This document shows, piece by piece, positions 22,916 to 33,971 of a stretch of 42,978 nt of DNA. The notes under the pieces are model-generated. The model was not told the DNA's origin. It made no database searches and saw only the letters and a program-made list of their open reading frames with translations. A program made the position numbers and the translations under genes. Numbering within the stretch: the stretch's first letter is position 1; each line of letters opens with the position of its first letter. Origin of the DNA: Chiloscyllium plagiosum (taxonomy: Eukaryota); assembly GCF_004010195.1 (NCBI RefSeq), contig NC_057757.1, positions 6,852,142-6,895,119 on the forward strand, given 5' to 3'.

Positions 22916-23186
22916 TGCAAATGTAAAGTGTTGCGACAGTGTAAACATCAGGACTTCAATCAGTTATTGCAGATGAAAAGAAGCAACAATAACTCTGTCA
23001 GGAATAAACAGGGAAGGGACAAGGACAAGCTGTTACACAGGAATTGAAAGCAATTCTCCATACCTGGGAAAAGAAGGAGTTGAAGTTCCATAAACAAACC
23101 TGTTTAACACCCGTTTGATAAGTGGTTGCTATATGCCACAAGGACAATGATTGCGTGGCAGAGGAGTTTAAGGAGCTGCTCACAGG

Positions 23187-23597
23187 AAAGCTGTGTCTTC
23201 AAACAGACGAGTCAATGCCAAATGGAACAGGGAGTAAGGAAGCTCCTGTTAGCGGACAAGCTGCTGACTTACTGGCTCCACAGGAATAGTCAGTATTGTG
23301 AATGAAAGGATCTAAAGGATTATCAATTTTTTTAATCACAAACTTGAAGGACTGAACATTGTATAAGAATTCAACTCCAGGATTCGTCCGGGGCAGAACT
23401 CTGGAAAACTGCACGAGGTTCGACCCTGTACATCCAGAGACAGACACTGTGGTTAAAATCCGAGCTCAACTCCACCAAAAATAGATAAGTTGGGTTGGGA
23501 GGCTTAAGTTGCTGACTTGAGAGGCCTTAATTTGGCTGCTACATGCAATAAGGTTTAAATAATTGTTTCAGTATTCGATTGTCTGTGAGATTTCTTA
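23187..23597 (+). repeat. Unclassified ~410-bp LTR-like repeat, copy 1
   Basis: Colinear blocks shared with 25491-25907: aaagctgtgt, tcacaaactt, ttaaatwattgtttcagta, gtgaratttctta. Confidence 0.6.
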
Positions 23598-25490
23598 ATA
23601 TGTCTCCTACTTGAAGGCAGCTGATGGTTATTTACAAACAATAGTGCATTCGACTACAGAGAGAAGGCCATAGAGTGACACTGAGTGTGTTGAACTCTCT
23701 CAGAGCTAGCACAGACAGAACAGCTGCATGGCCCCTGTCTGTGCTGTAATATTTCCATAATTCTGTAAGGAACACCCAAAGTGAGGACAGACAGTGTGAA
23801 CCGAGGCTGTGTTGCTGTGATTTTTTCACAACCACAGCTTACTCCCACACTACCCCTGAGCTGAAAGCTGGTGTTGCATTGTATATAGACACTCAAAGGT
23901 CTTCAGCAAGGATCAAGCGCATATAAAGCCTGGGATCTCAGATCAGAACCTTAATCCTGAGAAAATATATATTTAGTGTTCCAAACATTGGCAAATAAAC
24001 ATCATCGAATTACTTCGACCAACTTTGTGAAGGGATACATTATTCCATTCTTCATCTCTTCTCTGAATTTCCTCTGGGTAACTGCATAAATAAAGGTGTT
24101 TGTGCAGCAGCTCAGGAGCTGGAGCATGAAGCCAATCTCTCTTACAAATGTTGGCAGAGGAACTGGGTATCCCAAGTAATCAAATCGTTTCAGTATGGAA
24201 TAAGCAATGAACACCACCCATAACGTGATGAAATTACCAGATATAATAAATAACATAATCATGGATTTCCTCCGACTCCCCATCTCTGGGTCACTGACAC
24301 TGTCCCCAGTCGTCTGAGCCCGGAGTCTCCTGCGAGCTCTGTTGGCTAATATAATGTTTCTGACTGTCAATGTGTTTAACAGTAGAATCAAAATAAATGG
24401 AATGAATGGTGTTATGATGTAATGCATTAATTCAACAATAGTCCAGGTAATCGATGCACTTACATTTGGATGTACTCGACAAAACCATGGACTATTAGAA
24501 AGCCAGTATCGGTTGTAGTACATGAAATACCAGAAAATGTTCTTCAAACCACTCAGCACAGTCACTGTTCCTAAAACTACACCCGCTGTTTTCTTGGTAC
24601 AATGTTTACTTCTCAGCTTTTGGCAACATATGGCCACAAACCGATCAAAGGTGAACGTGACCGTGAACCAGACAGAGCAGTCTGTGGCTGCATAAAGCAG
24701 AACAGCGTGGATGTTACACAAGGAGACATAATGTAGGAAAAGAAACTCCTCCCGATATGTGATAGGAATTTGCCGTAGTATCAGATCGAAGATAATGACC
24801 AGTAGATCCGCTGTTGCCATAGCCACCAGCTAATGAGTGACACATTTGGAAAGACCACACTTCCCCTGAACCAGGATCGTTATTGCAATCACATTAACTT
24901 GAAAGAAGAGGACAAATAAATTCATTTATTGCTCAGATATGATGAATAATTTTTTTTTTGCTTTATTTAAAGTGAAATACTGAAACTCATTCTTAATGGG
25001 TTGCCCATGCTTTTGCATCAAACTGAAAACTTATCACAAACTTGATATGATACCTTCCATCCAGAATGGATTTTAAATGTGGTGCTTGTCAGAGAATGGA
25101 AAAACTGCAGTCAAAGGCAATGATAACTATGCAGCCAAAAAAAAATCACAAAGACAGGTGTGACAATGTAAAATTCACACTTTCATAACTGTTCATGGAT
25201 TGAATGAATCAAAAAGAATAACTTGTTACACACGTAGAGAAGTAGTGATGAGCCTCGAATAGACCATTTCTTGGGATGAAAGGGACAATGTGAAACTGTT
25301 GTAATAGCAGTTACAACAACAGGTGCATTGACCATCCCTGGGAAGGAGTTACGGAACCAACACAAACAATCAGTTCCCTCAGTCAGAGGACATGCCACTT
25401 GCTCTGAGATCTGCTCTCTCTCTTTCCAACTGAGCGATTAAGACCTGCCTGCAGCAGTGATGTCCTGAAGGAAAGGGGTTAATTGCAGGC

Positions 25491-25907
25491 AAAGCTGTGT
25501 TTTAAACAGGCAGCTAACCCTGAATGTAACCAGAAACAAAGGAGTTACTTCTGGTGAGAAGGTAAGCTGCAGTCTTGAGGTCTCCAAAAATATACTCAAT
25601 GCTGAGGATCAAAAAAATCTATTGAATCATCAATAATGCCACTTCACAAACTTCAAAGAAAGAAAATTGTTTAAGGATCCAACAGCAGAACAACTCAACT
25701 GCAGACTTTCGAAGACCAACTCTGGACAAAGATCAAACCCTGGATACTTCCAAAGACAGACCACGGTTGATTGAAATCCTGGACAGATCTCACCATTAAT
25801 TGGGTAAGAGCTAAGTTAGATCGTGTGCCTTATACCTGCTTACTTGAGAGATCTTAATAAAGTTTTAAATTATTGTTTCAGTACTTGACTTTATGTGAAA
25901 TTTCTTA
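25491..25907 (+). repeat. Unclassified ~410-bp LTR-like repeat, copy 2 (in the GPCR copy C intron)
   Basis: Diverged direct copy of 23187-23597; contains AATAAA at 25856-25861. Confidence 0.6.
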
Positions 25908-26184
25908 CTAAGTAGCGAAATGAAAGATGAATTGCGCTGAGTTTACCCACAAAACATGGATCGGTGAAAGATGATTAAAACAAATGTTTTTAGCAATTAC
26001 AAAAGGAGTAACTTTGTAAATTGGAGCCACATTTTCTAACAAGAGAGAAATGTTGGAACAGAAATGAGCCATTCAGAGTCTTTGGTGCTTTGATCGATTC
26101 AAGTGGGCCGATGGATACATTTTGTGAATTGCTCATTACTTCTTCTTTAACCCCATTCTCAGAGGAAACCGTTTGAATGGCAAT

Positions 26185-26340
26185 TTTGAAAGAAGCAAAG
26201 AGAAAAACAGCATGAAAGATACTGAGAAAGTAACAAAGAAATGCAGGAAGAAAGAGAAAAGGAGGAAAGATGGAAAGAAAGAAAGAGGGAGAAAGATGGG
26301 GAGAAAGAAAGAAAAAAGAAAGAGAGAAAGAAAGAAGCGA
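26185..26340. repeat. Purine-rich (GAAA-like) low-complexity tract
   Basis: Runs of gaaa/gaga. Confidence 0.8.
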
Positions 26341-26719
26341 CTAATGGACGAATTCTTTTTTTTCACTTCACAAATGATAAGGTGTTTGTGAATTTTTATC
26401 GAAAAACAGAATTCTTATTGATGGCTGGTCATTGCTGAAATGCAAGGAAGAACAAAAAAGTGGAAAAAATAATTAAGATATCACTTATGATTAAATTCCA
26501 ATTTTTGAAACATCATCCTTCACGTGTAACTTACCCGGGACACCAACAGCAGCTAAGACCGGGTAGTAAATCCTCTGTATATCAGTGATCGCCCACAGAA
26601 TCTTCAGCTTTACCATAAAGCTAAGAGACATGGTTTCCCTTTGGAAAGTAATAGTTAGTTTGATGATGCTTGTCAAGGATTAGCCAGTTCTCTCTTTGAG
26701 ACAGTGAGAAAACTTCCAT

Positions 26720-26727
26720 TATTTATA
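26720..26727 (-). promoter_or_regulatory. TATA box of GPCR copy C
   Basis: TATAAATA on the minus strand about 90 nt upstream of the ATG at 26631. Confidence 0.6.
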
Positions 26728-28044
26728 GGAGGGAGAATTCATCAGATCAGAAAATCAGTTCCCAAGTTAATGGAGCCCAAAAACAACTACAAACAAAAGC
26801 AATTAAATTAACAGCTACTGTAAGGGGAATTTGTACATGAGCAGGGCGTGTCCTGACCAGTTCACCCTATCCCTTCTCCACCATTACAAGGATTGGTCCA
26901 AATCTGCATGTTAATAGAGTGGTCCATGTTCGACAATTCTAACAAAGGTATCTTCTGAAACAATCAATTGTGGAAAGCAAGAACAAACATTGTACAGAAA
27001 TTATAATGGGGGAATATAATTGTCAGTATATAGGCTGATCCAGTGTTGGCATAATTCAATGCGGACGTTCAATGAGGTTACAACCATTGATTTCCCCACT
27101 AACAATGTCCTGGAGCCATTGATGAGAAACTTAACCGAATGAACCACGTAATCCTCTGGCTTTTTTAGTAACTCGTGGGTTGCGGGTGTGTCTGGGCGTG
27201 GAAGCATTTATTTCCCACTCCTAGTTATTCTCAGAAGGTGGGGATGAGCTGCCTTCTTAATCACTGCAGTCCATGTGCTGTAGGGAGATGGACACTACCA
27301 ACAGCAAGTCAGAAGTTTGGACTACTGCACTAAATAACTCACCTCCTGTCTCCCCAAAGCCTAACATCTGCAAGGCAAAGGTCAGGAGTGTGATGGAATC
27401 CTCCCCACTTGCCTCGACACTTCATATCAGGCCCTTTCCCATTTGCAAAGACTCAAAATATCCCCTGCAGTGGCAAGGAGAGACCTGGGCAATTTAAAAA
27501 CATTGAGGTAGTAACAAGTATCAAAGAGTTCATTTTGGTCAGAGGATCACAAAGGGACAATATAATAAAGAGCAGACAATTCTAAAGGGGTTACAGGAGA
27601 AGCAGAGCCTGAGCAGTTTGTACATTTGTCATTAAAGGTGGAAGAGGGAGTGCAGTAAATGTACACCAGGCTGATATCTGGGAGGGCAGGGCTGCTGTAT
27701 GAGGAGAGATTGGTACAACTGGACCTGGATTCAACGACATTTAGAAGGATGGGAGGCAGACAGTCATTCAGAAGTTATTGGGAACACAAGGTTTTATTAC
27801 CAAGGGCATATGAGAAATAAGGAAGCTATGTTCAATGTGTATTGGACACAGAGTCTCCTGGCGCAGACTGTCGGGCCTGGTTTAATGTCACACTTTGGCA
27901 AAGATGTAAAGACGTTAGAAAGAGAGTGAGGAACAGATTCATGAATATAGGTGAACCATGAGGGACCTCAGTTAGGTGAATAGAATCGAGGGATTGATAT
28001 TGTTTATCAAACAGAATAAGAAACATGAATTGTTGGATTAATAT

Positions 28045-28960
28045 GAGTCATAGAGTCATAGAGAAGTACAGTATGAAAACAGACCCTTTGGTCAAATTTG
28101 TCCATGCTGACCAGATCTCCCAACCTAATCTAGTCCCATTTGTCAGCACTTGGCCCATATTGCTCTTAATACTTCTTATTCATAAACCCATCCAGATGCT
28201 TTTTAAATGTTATAATTCTACCAGCTTCACCACTTCCTCTGGCAGCTCATCCCATACATGCACCATCCTCTGCATGAAAATGTTGCCTCTTAGGTCCCTT
28301 TTATATATTTCCCCTCTCACCCTAAACCTATACACTCTAGTTCTGGACTCCTCCACCCCAGGGAAAAGACTTTGTCTATTTATCCTATCCATACCCCTCA
28401 TGATTTTATAAACTTCTAGAAGGTCATCCCTCAGCCTCCGATGATCCAGGGTAAAAATCCCCAGTCTATTCAGCCTCTCCCTATAGCTCAAACGCTCCAA
28501 CCTCGGCAACATGCTTGTAAATCTTTTCTGAACCCTTTCAAGTTTCACAACATTTTTCCGATAGGAAGAAGACCACAATTGTACATAATATTTCAAAAGT
28601 GGCCTAACCAACGCACTGTACAGCCACAACATGACCTCCCAATTCCTATACTCAGTGCTCTGACTACTAAAGGAACACATACCAAACACCTTCTTCACTA
28701 TCCTATCTACATGCAACTCTAGATTCAAGGAGCTATGAACCTGCACGCCAAGGTCTCTGTTCAACAACACTCCCTGGGACCTTACCATTAAGTGTATACG
28801 TCCTGCACTGATTTCCTTTTCCAAAATGCAGCACCTTGCATTGATCTAAATTAAACTCCTTCTGCCACTCCTCAGTCCATTGGCCCATCTGAACAAGATC
28901 CCGTTGTCCTTTAAGATAACTTTCTCTGCTGTCCACTACACCTCTAATTTCGGTGTCACC
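28045..28960 (-). mobile_element. CR1 LINE 3' fragment
   Basis: ORFs 28210-28824 and 28733-28981 (DLGVQVH, LVRPLLKYYVQLW); gagtcatagagtcatag tail. Confidence 0.92.
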
Positions 28961-29214
28961 TGGTGTCATATGGGTATACAAAACATGGGTGTTCCAGACA
29001 GAGTTTAGAATGAATAAATAATTTTCCCATTGATGACAAATACATCAACACAGATTTGAAACCCCATTGGTGAAAGAAGCAATGGAGACATGGGAAAAGG
29101 CCAGTCCTGCAGCTAATTGCTTACCTCTGGGTGCACTGCCTCAGATTATGTTGGAGAGAGATTCAATGGAGGTGTTCAGGAGGGAAGTGGTAGAGCCATA
29201 GCCAATGGCTGTTG

Positions 29215-29595
29215 TTATGTCCAATTATCAGGGGCATAGACAGCGTAGACAGGAAGGAACATTTCCCCTTGATGGAGAGAGCAATGCCTGAAGGGGAGGG
29301 GGTGCAGTGTCGATTTAAGTTAAAGGGCAGCATGTTTAGAGGCGATGTGAGAAAAAAAATCCTTTTCACCCACATGGTGGTGGGAATCTGGAACTTCCTG
29401 CCTGGAGAGACAGACACATGCACAACATTGAAGAGTTATTTAGATAAACACATGTGGTGCCAACGCACACAAGGCTATGGGCCAAGTGCTGGAAAATGGG
29501 ATTACAATAGATAGATGGCTGTTTCCGACTGGCATGAATGTGATGGGCCAAAGGGCCTTTTTACAGTGGAGTCGGCCTCTATGACTCCATGACTT
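29215..29595 (+). mobile_element. CR1 LINE 3' end
   Basis: IIRGIDSVDRKEHFP...MVVGIWNFLP; tail ctatgactccatgact. Confidence 0.8.
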
Positions 29596-29635
29596 AATTC
29601 AGCATGTTGACCAAGGATCCCCCTTCATCCCCACC

Positions 29636-30293
29636 TGTGATGGTGCTGTCACTTTCAAAAGGTTATTTTATCCTGGGTTGTTTTTTGAAGAGAGGTTGTA
29701 AAAGCAGAGGTGCTGAACTGGTTCTGTATATGGCTCGAGTAAATAACTTAGGAGGCCTTTAGATTTTTCTTTCAAAGGTTGGAACAATGAAAGCAACTTC
29801 AATGGGAGTGACCAGCTTTCACAGCCCAGGCTTTCTCGTTTGTTTTTAGCTGTAGCAGTCAGACGCGTCTGGGGTCCCAGAATAATTGAGAGCTTCAGCG
29901 AATGATTCCCAGCTGCTACTTTCTCTGGAATCTCTCTTGATGCTTTCTTCCTCCTGGATTGAAGAACTGCATATAAGAAACTCTGTGTCTGAGATTGCCA
30001 TTCTGCCAAGAGGTGTGCTTATGTGATGTTACTGTATTGGAACAGTTCATTAGTAATAAGTATTGCATTTATTATTCAGTTACGTTTTCCAATAGTTGAG
30101 CTTTTCTAAATTCCTCTTTATTTTGTTTGTATTTTAATGATAGTGTTTAAATAAATTGTGTTTTGCTTAAGTTGTTTGACCAATTGCATTGTATCTGGAA
30201 CACACACTTCACATCTACCTTTAAAATAAGAAAAGGTGAGGGTCTCGGCGACCTTCGTAAAATACCTTGAGGGATCTGGGCTGGTCCATTACA
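29636..30293 (+). mobile_element. 5' LTR of a Gypsy (Gmr1-like) retrotransposon
   Basis: Starts TGTGATGGTGCTGTCACTTT, ends ccattaCA, has an internal AATAAA, precedes gag-like sequence, and its start matches the LTR at 42144 (minus). Confidence 0.7.
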
Positions 30294-31157
30294 AATGAGG
30301 GGGATCTATAATTTCAAGTTGGGTTTAGGATTGTTGGACTCGAAGGCAGCGAGTGGGAGGTGTTAGTGTTTTTTTTAATTTTGGGTGTTTAAACCTTTTT
30401 AAACAAGGTGTGCCTTGTGTGGTCATGGCTCTTTCGCTCACTAAATGTTTTCTGAGGGTGGACTAAGTGACTTTGTGGGGTTCGCAAAATGCTGAGCAAG
30501 GCAAAGCTGTCGAGGTTGGCAGACAACCTGGAGCTGGGGTTGGCAGGGTCTGCGAGAATAGGGGACGTAATTGCAGCAATAGCTCAACATTTAAAATTGT
30601 TGGAAATGCCATTGAAATCTTTGGAAATGGCTGGAATTCAAATGCAGATGAGGCAGCTTGAACATGAAAAGGAAATGTAACAGTGTGGATTAGGATTAAA
30701 AGCAAGGAAACAGAAAAGGGGAGAGAATTTCAACTCGGAAGCTAGCAATTAGAGAAGAAAGGTGACTTAAAAGGGTGTGGGTGAAGGTAGAAGGTAAGTT
30801 TAGTGAGCAGGATAATGATAACGAGCAAACCCATTGTAGCCAAAGGCCTGGTGGGGATCTGTTTAAACATGTCCAAGCGTTGCCTAAGTTTGACAAGACA
30901 GATGTAGAAGTCTTTTTCATTTCACTTGAGAAAGTCACTCAACAAATGAAGTGCCCGATGACCCTGTGGTATTGTTGATTGAAACAAAGTTGGTGGATAG
31001 AGCCAGTGAGGTATTTGCATCACTATCAGAGGAGGTAACTGAGGAGTATGAGGAGGTGAACAAAGCCACCTTGAATACATATGAGCTTGTGCCAGAAGCC
31101 GACAGACAACACTTCAGGAATCTAAGGAGGGACCCTGGTCAAATATACATTGAGTTT

Positions 31158-32341
31158 AGAACATAGAACATAGAACAAAACAGCGCAGAACAGGCCCTTC
31201 AGCTCTCGATGTTGCGCTGACCTGTGAACTATTCTCAGCTCATCCCCCTACACTATCCCATCATCATCCATGTGCTTATCCAAGGATTGTTTAAATGCCC
31301 CTAATGTGGCTGAGTTAACTACATTGGCAGGTAGGGCATTCCATGACCTTACCACTCTCTGAGTAAAGAACCTGCCATCTGTCTTAAATCTATCACCCCT
31401 CAATTTGTAGTTATGACCCCTCGTACAAGCTGACGTTATCATCCGAGGAAAAAGACTTTCACTGTCTACCCTATCTAATCCTCTGATCATCTTGTATGTC
31501 TCTATCAAATCCCCTCTTAGCCTTCTTCTCTCCAATGAGAACAGACCCAAGCCTCAGTGTTTCCTCTTAAGACCTTCCCTCCAAACCAGGCAACATCCTC
31601 GCAAATCTCCTCTGCACCTTTTCCAATGCTTCCACATCCTTCCTGAAATATGGCAACCAGAACTGTACACAATATTCCAAGTGTGGTCGCACTAGCATAT
31701 TGTATAGTTGCAGCATAATATTGTGGCTCTGGAACACAATCCCTCTACCAATGAAACCCAACACATCGTATGCCTTCTTAACAGCACTATTAAACTGGCA
31801 ACTTTCAGGGATCTATGTACATAGACTCCAAGATCCCTCTGCACATCCACACTACCAAGAATATTTCCATTGACCCAGTACTCTGCCTTCCTGTTATTCT
31901 TCCCAAAGTGAATCAACTCACATTTAGCTGCATTGAACTGCGTTTGCCACCTCTCAGCTCAATTCTGCAGTTTATCCAACCTGTAACATTCTTCCAAACT
32001 GTCCACGACTCCACCGACTTTAGTGTCATCTGCAAATTTACTAATCCATCCATCTATGCCTACGTCTAAGTAATTTATAAAAATGACAAACAGCAGTGGT
32101 CACAAAACAGACCCTTGTGGCCCACCACTAATAGCCGGACTCCAGACTGAATATTTTCCATCAACCACCACTTGCTGCCTTCTTTCAGAAAGCCAGTTTC
32201 TAATCCAAACTGCTAAATCACCATCAATCCCATGCCTCTGCATTTTCTCCAACAGCCTACCATGTGGAACCTTATTAAAGGCTTTACTCAAGTCCATATA
32301 TACCACGTCAACTGTCTTAACTTCATCTACATGCTTGGTCA
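31158..32341 (-). mobile_element. CR1 LINE 3' fragment inserted in the Gypsy gag
   Basis: (agaacat)n tail at 31158; LVRPHLEYCVQFW; YMDLSKAFNKVPHGRL. Confidence 0.92.
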
Positions 32342-32477
32342 CCATCTTTGGACTGCGGGAGGAAACCAGAGCCCACAAAGGGAGAACGTGCAAACTCCAC
32401 ACAGTCAGTTGCTTGAGGCGGGAATTGAACCCAGGTCTCTGGCGCTGTCAGGCAGCAGTGCTAACCACCATGCCACC
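32342..32477 (-). mobile_element. HE1/V-SINE-like SINE, 5' half
   Basis: ggagaacgtgcaaactccacacagtcag...gaattgaacccaggtctctggcgctg...gtgctaaccac. Confidence 0.85.
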
Positions 32478-33677
32478 CATATGTGGTGGGAAACAGAATA
32501 AACCATTGAATTTTGTTGAAGTGGTAAAGGGAAACACAGTGGAAGCTTAAAAGCTGCACCAGAATGTACAGCCATGTCAGAGGTTGCTTGAGAAGAAACT
32601 GCCAGATCTTCTTAAACGATTTATTTACGTGAGTAAGGTTTATTTGCAATGGCTAGGAGCAGCAGGTAAAGAAATCACAGTTTTCAGAGATACAGGTGCA
32701 TGTCTGTCTTTAGAGTCATAGAGTCATAGAGATGTACAGCACCGAAACAGATCCTTTGGTCCAACTCGTCCATACTGATCACATAACCCAACCTAATCTA
32801 GTCCCACCTGCCAGCACCCGGCCCATATCCCTCCAAACCCTTCCTATTCATATGGGTACATCCAGATGCCTTTTAAATGTTGCAATTGTACCAGCTTCCA
32901 CCACTTCCTCTGGCAGCTCAGTCCATACACGTACCACACTCTGCATGAAAACGTTGCCCCTTATGTCTTTTTTATATCTTTCCCCTTTCACTCTAAACCT
33001 ATGACGTCTAGTTCTGGACTCCTCCACCCCAGGGAAGAGACTTTGTCTATTTATCCTATCCATGCCCTTCTTGATTTTATAAACATCTATAAGGTCACCC
33101 CTCAGCCTCCGACACTCCAGGGAAAACAGCCCCAGCCTCTTCAACCACTCCCTGCAGCTCAAATCCTCAAACCCGGGCAACATCCTTGTAAAACTTTTCT
33201 GAACCCTTTCAAATTTCACAACATCCTTCCAATGGGAGGGGACCAAAATTGCATGCAATATTTCAAAAGTGGTCTAACCAATGTCCTGTAGAGCCGCAAT
33301 ATGACCTCCCAACTCCTGTCCTCAATACTCTGACCAATAAAGGAAAGCATACCAAACGCTTTCTTCAATATCCTATCTACCTGTGACTCTACTTTCAAGG
33401 AGCTATGAACCGGCTCTCCAAGGTCTCTTTGTTCAACAACACTCCCTCGCACCTTACCATTAAGTGTATAAGTCCTGCTAAGATTTGCTTCCCCAAAATG
33501 CAGCACTTCGCATTTATCTAAATTAAACTCCATCTGCCTCTTCTTAGCCCATTGGCCCAACTGATCAAGACCCCGTTGTAATCTGAGGTAACGTTCTTCA
33601 CTGTACACTACACCTCCAATTTTGGTGTCATCTACAAACTTACTAGCTATCCCTGTTGTGCTCACATCCAAACCATT

Positions 33678-33971
33678 GGACAGCACGGTGGTTAACACTG
33701 CTACCTCACAGCACTAGGGACTTGGGTTCAATTCCCACCTTGGGCAGCTATCTATGTGGAGTTTGCACATTCTCCCTGTGTCTGTGTGGGGATGCTCTGG
33801 TTTCCCCCCACAATCCAAAGATGTGCAGGTTAGGTGAATTGGCCGTGCTAAAGTGCATTAGTCAGGGGTAAATGTAGGGGAATGGATCTGGGTGGGTTGC
33901 TCTTCAGAGGATCCGTGTGGGCTTGTTGGGGCTGAAAGGCCTGAAACCACACTGTGCAGAATCTAATCTAA
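33678..33971 (+). mobile_element. HE1/V-SINE-like SINE nested in the CR1 RT
   Basis: ggacagcacggtggttaacactgctacctcacagc...gggttcaattccc...aatctaatctaa. Confidence 0.88.

Larger units (their letters stand above)
24002..26631 (-). pseudogene. GPR139/GPR142-like GPCR copy C, complete two-exon gene (26631-26535; 24897-24002) with one premature stop
   Basis: Exon 1 accATG MSLSFMVKLKILWAITDIQRIYYPVLAAVGVP G|gtaag. Exon 2 tttcaag|(V)NVIAITILVQGKCGLSKCVTH*LVAMATADLL...DRF...NTFIY. TAG at 24832-24830 replaces the Tyr seen in copy A; the rest is open. Confidence 0.9.

Noticed and set aside
26136..26438. Lys/Arg-rich and Phe-rich ORFs
   Set aside because: Artefacts of the GAAA low-complexity intronic tract.
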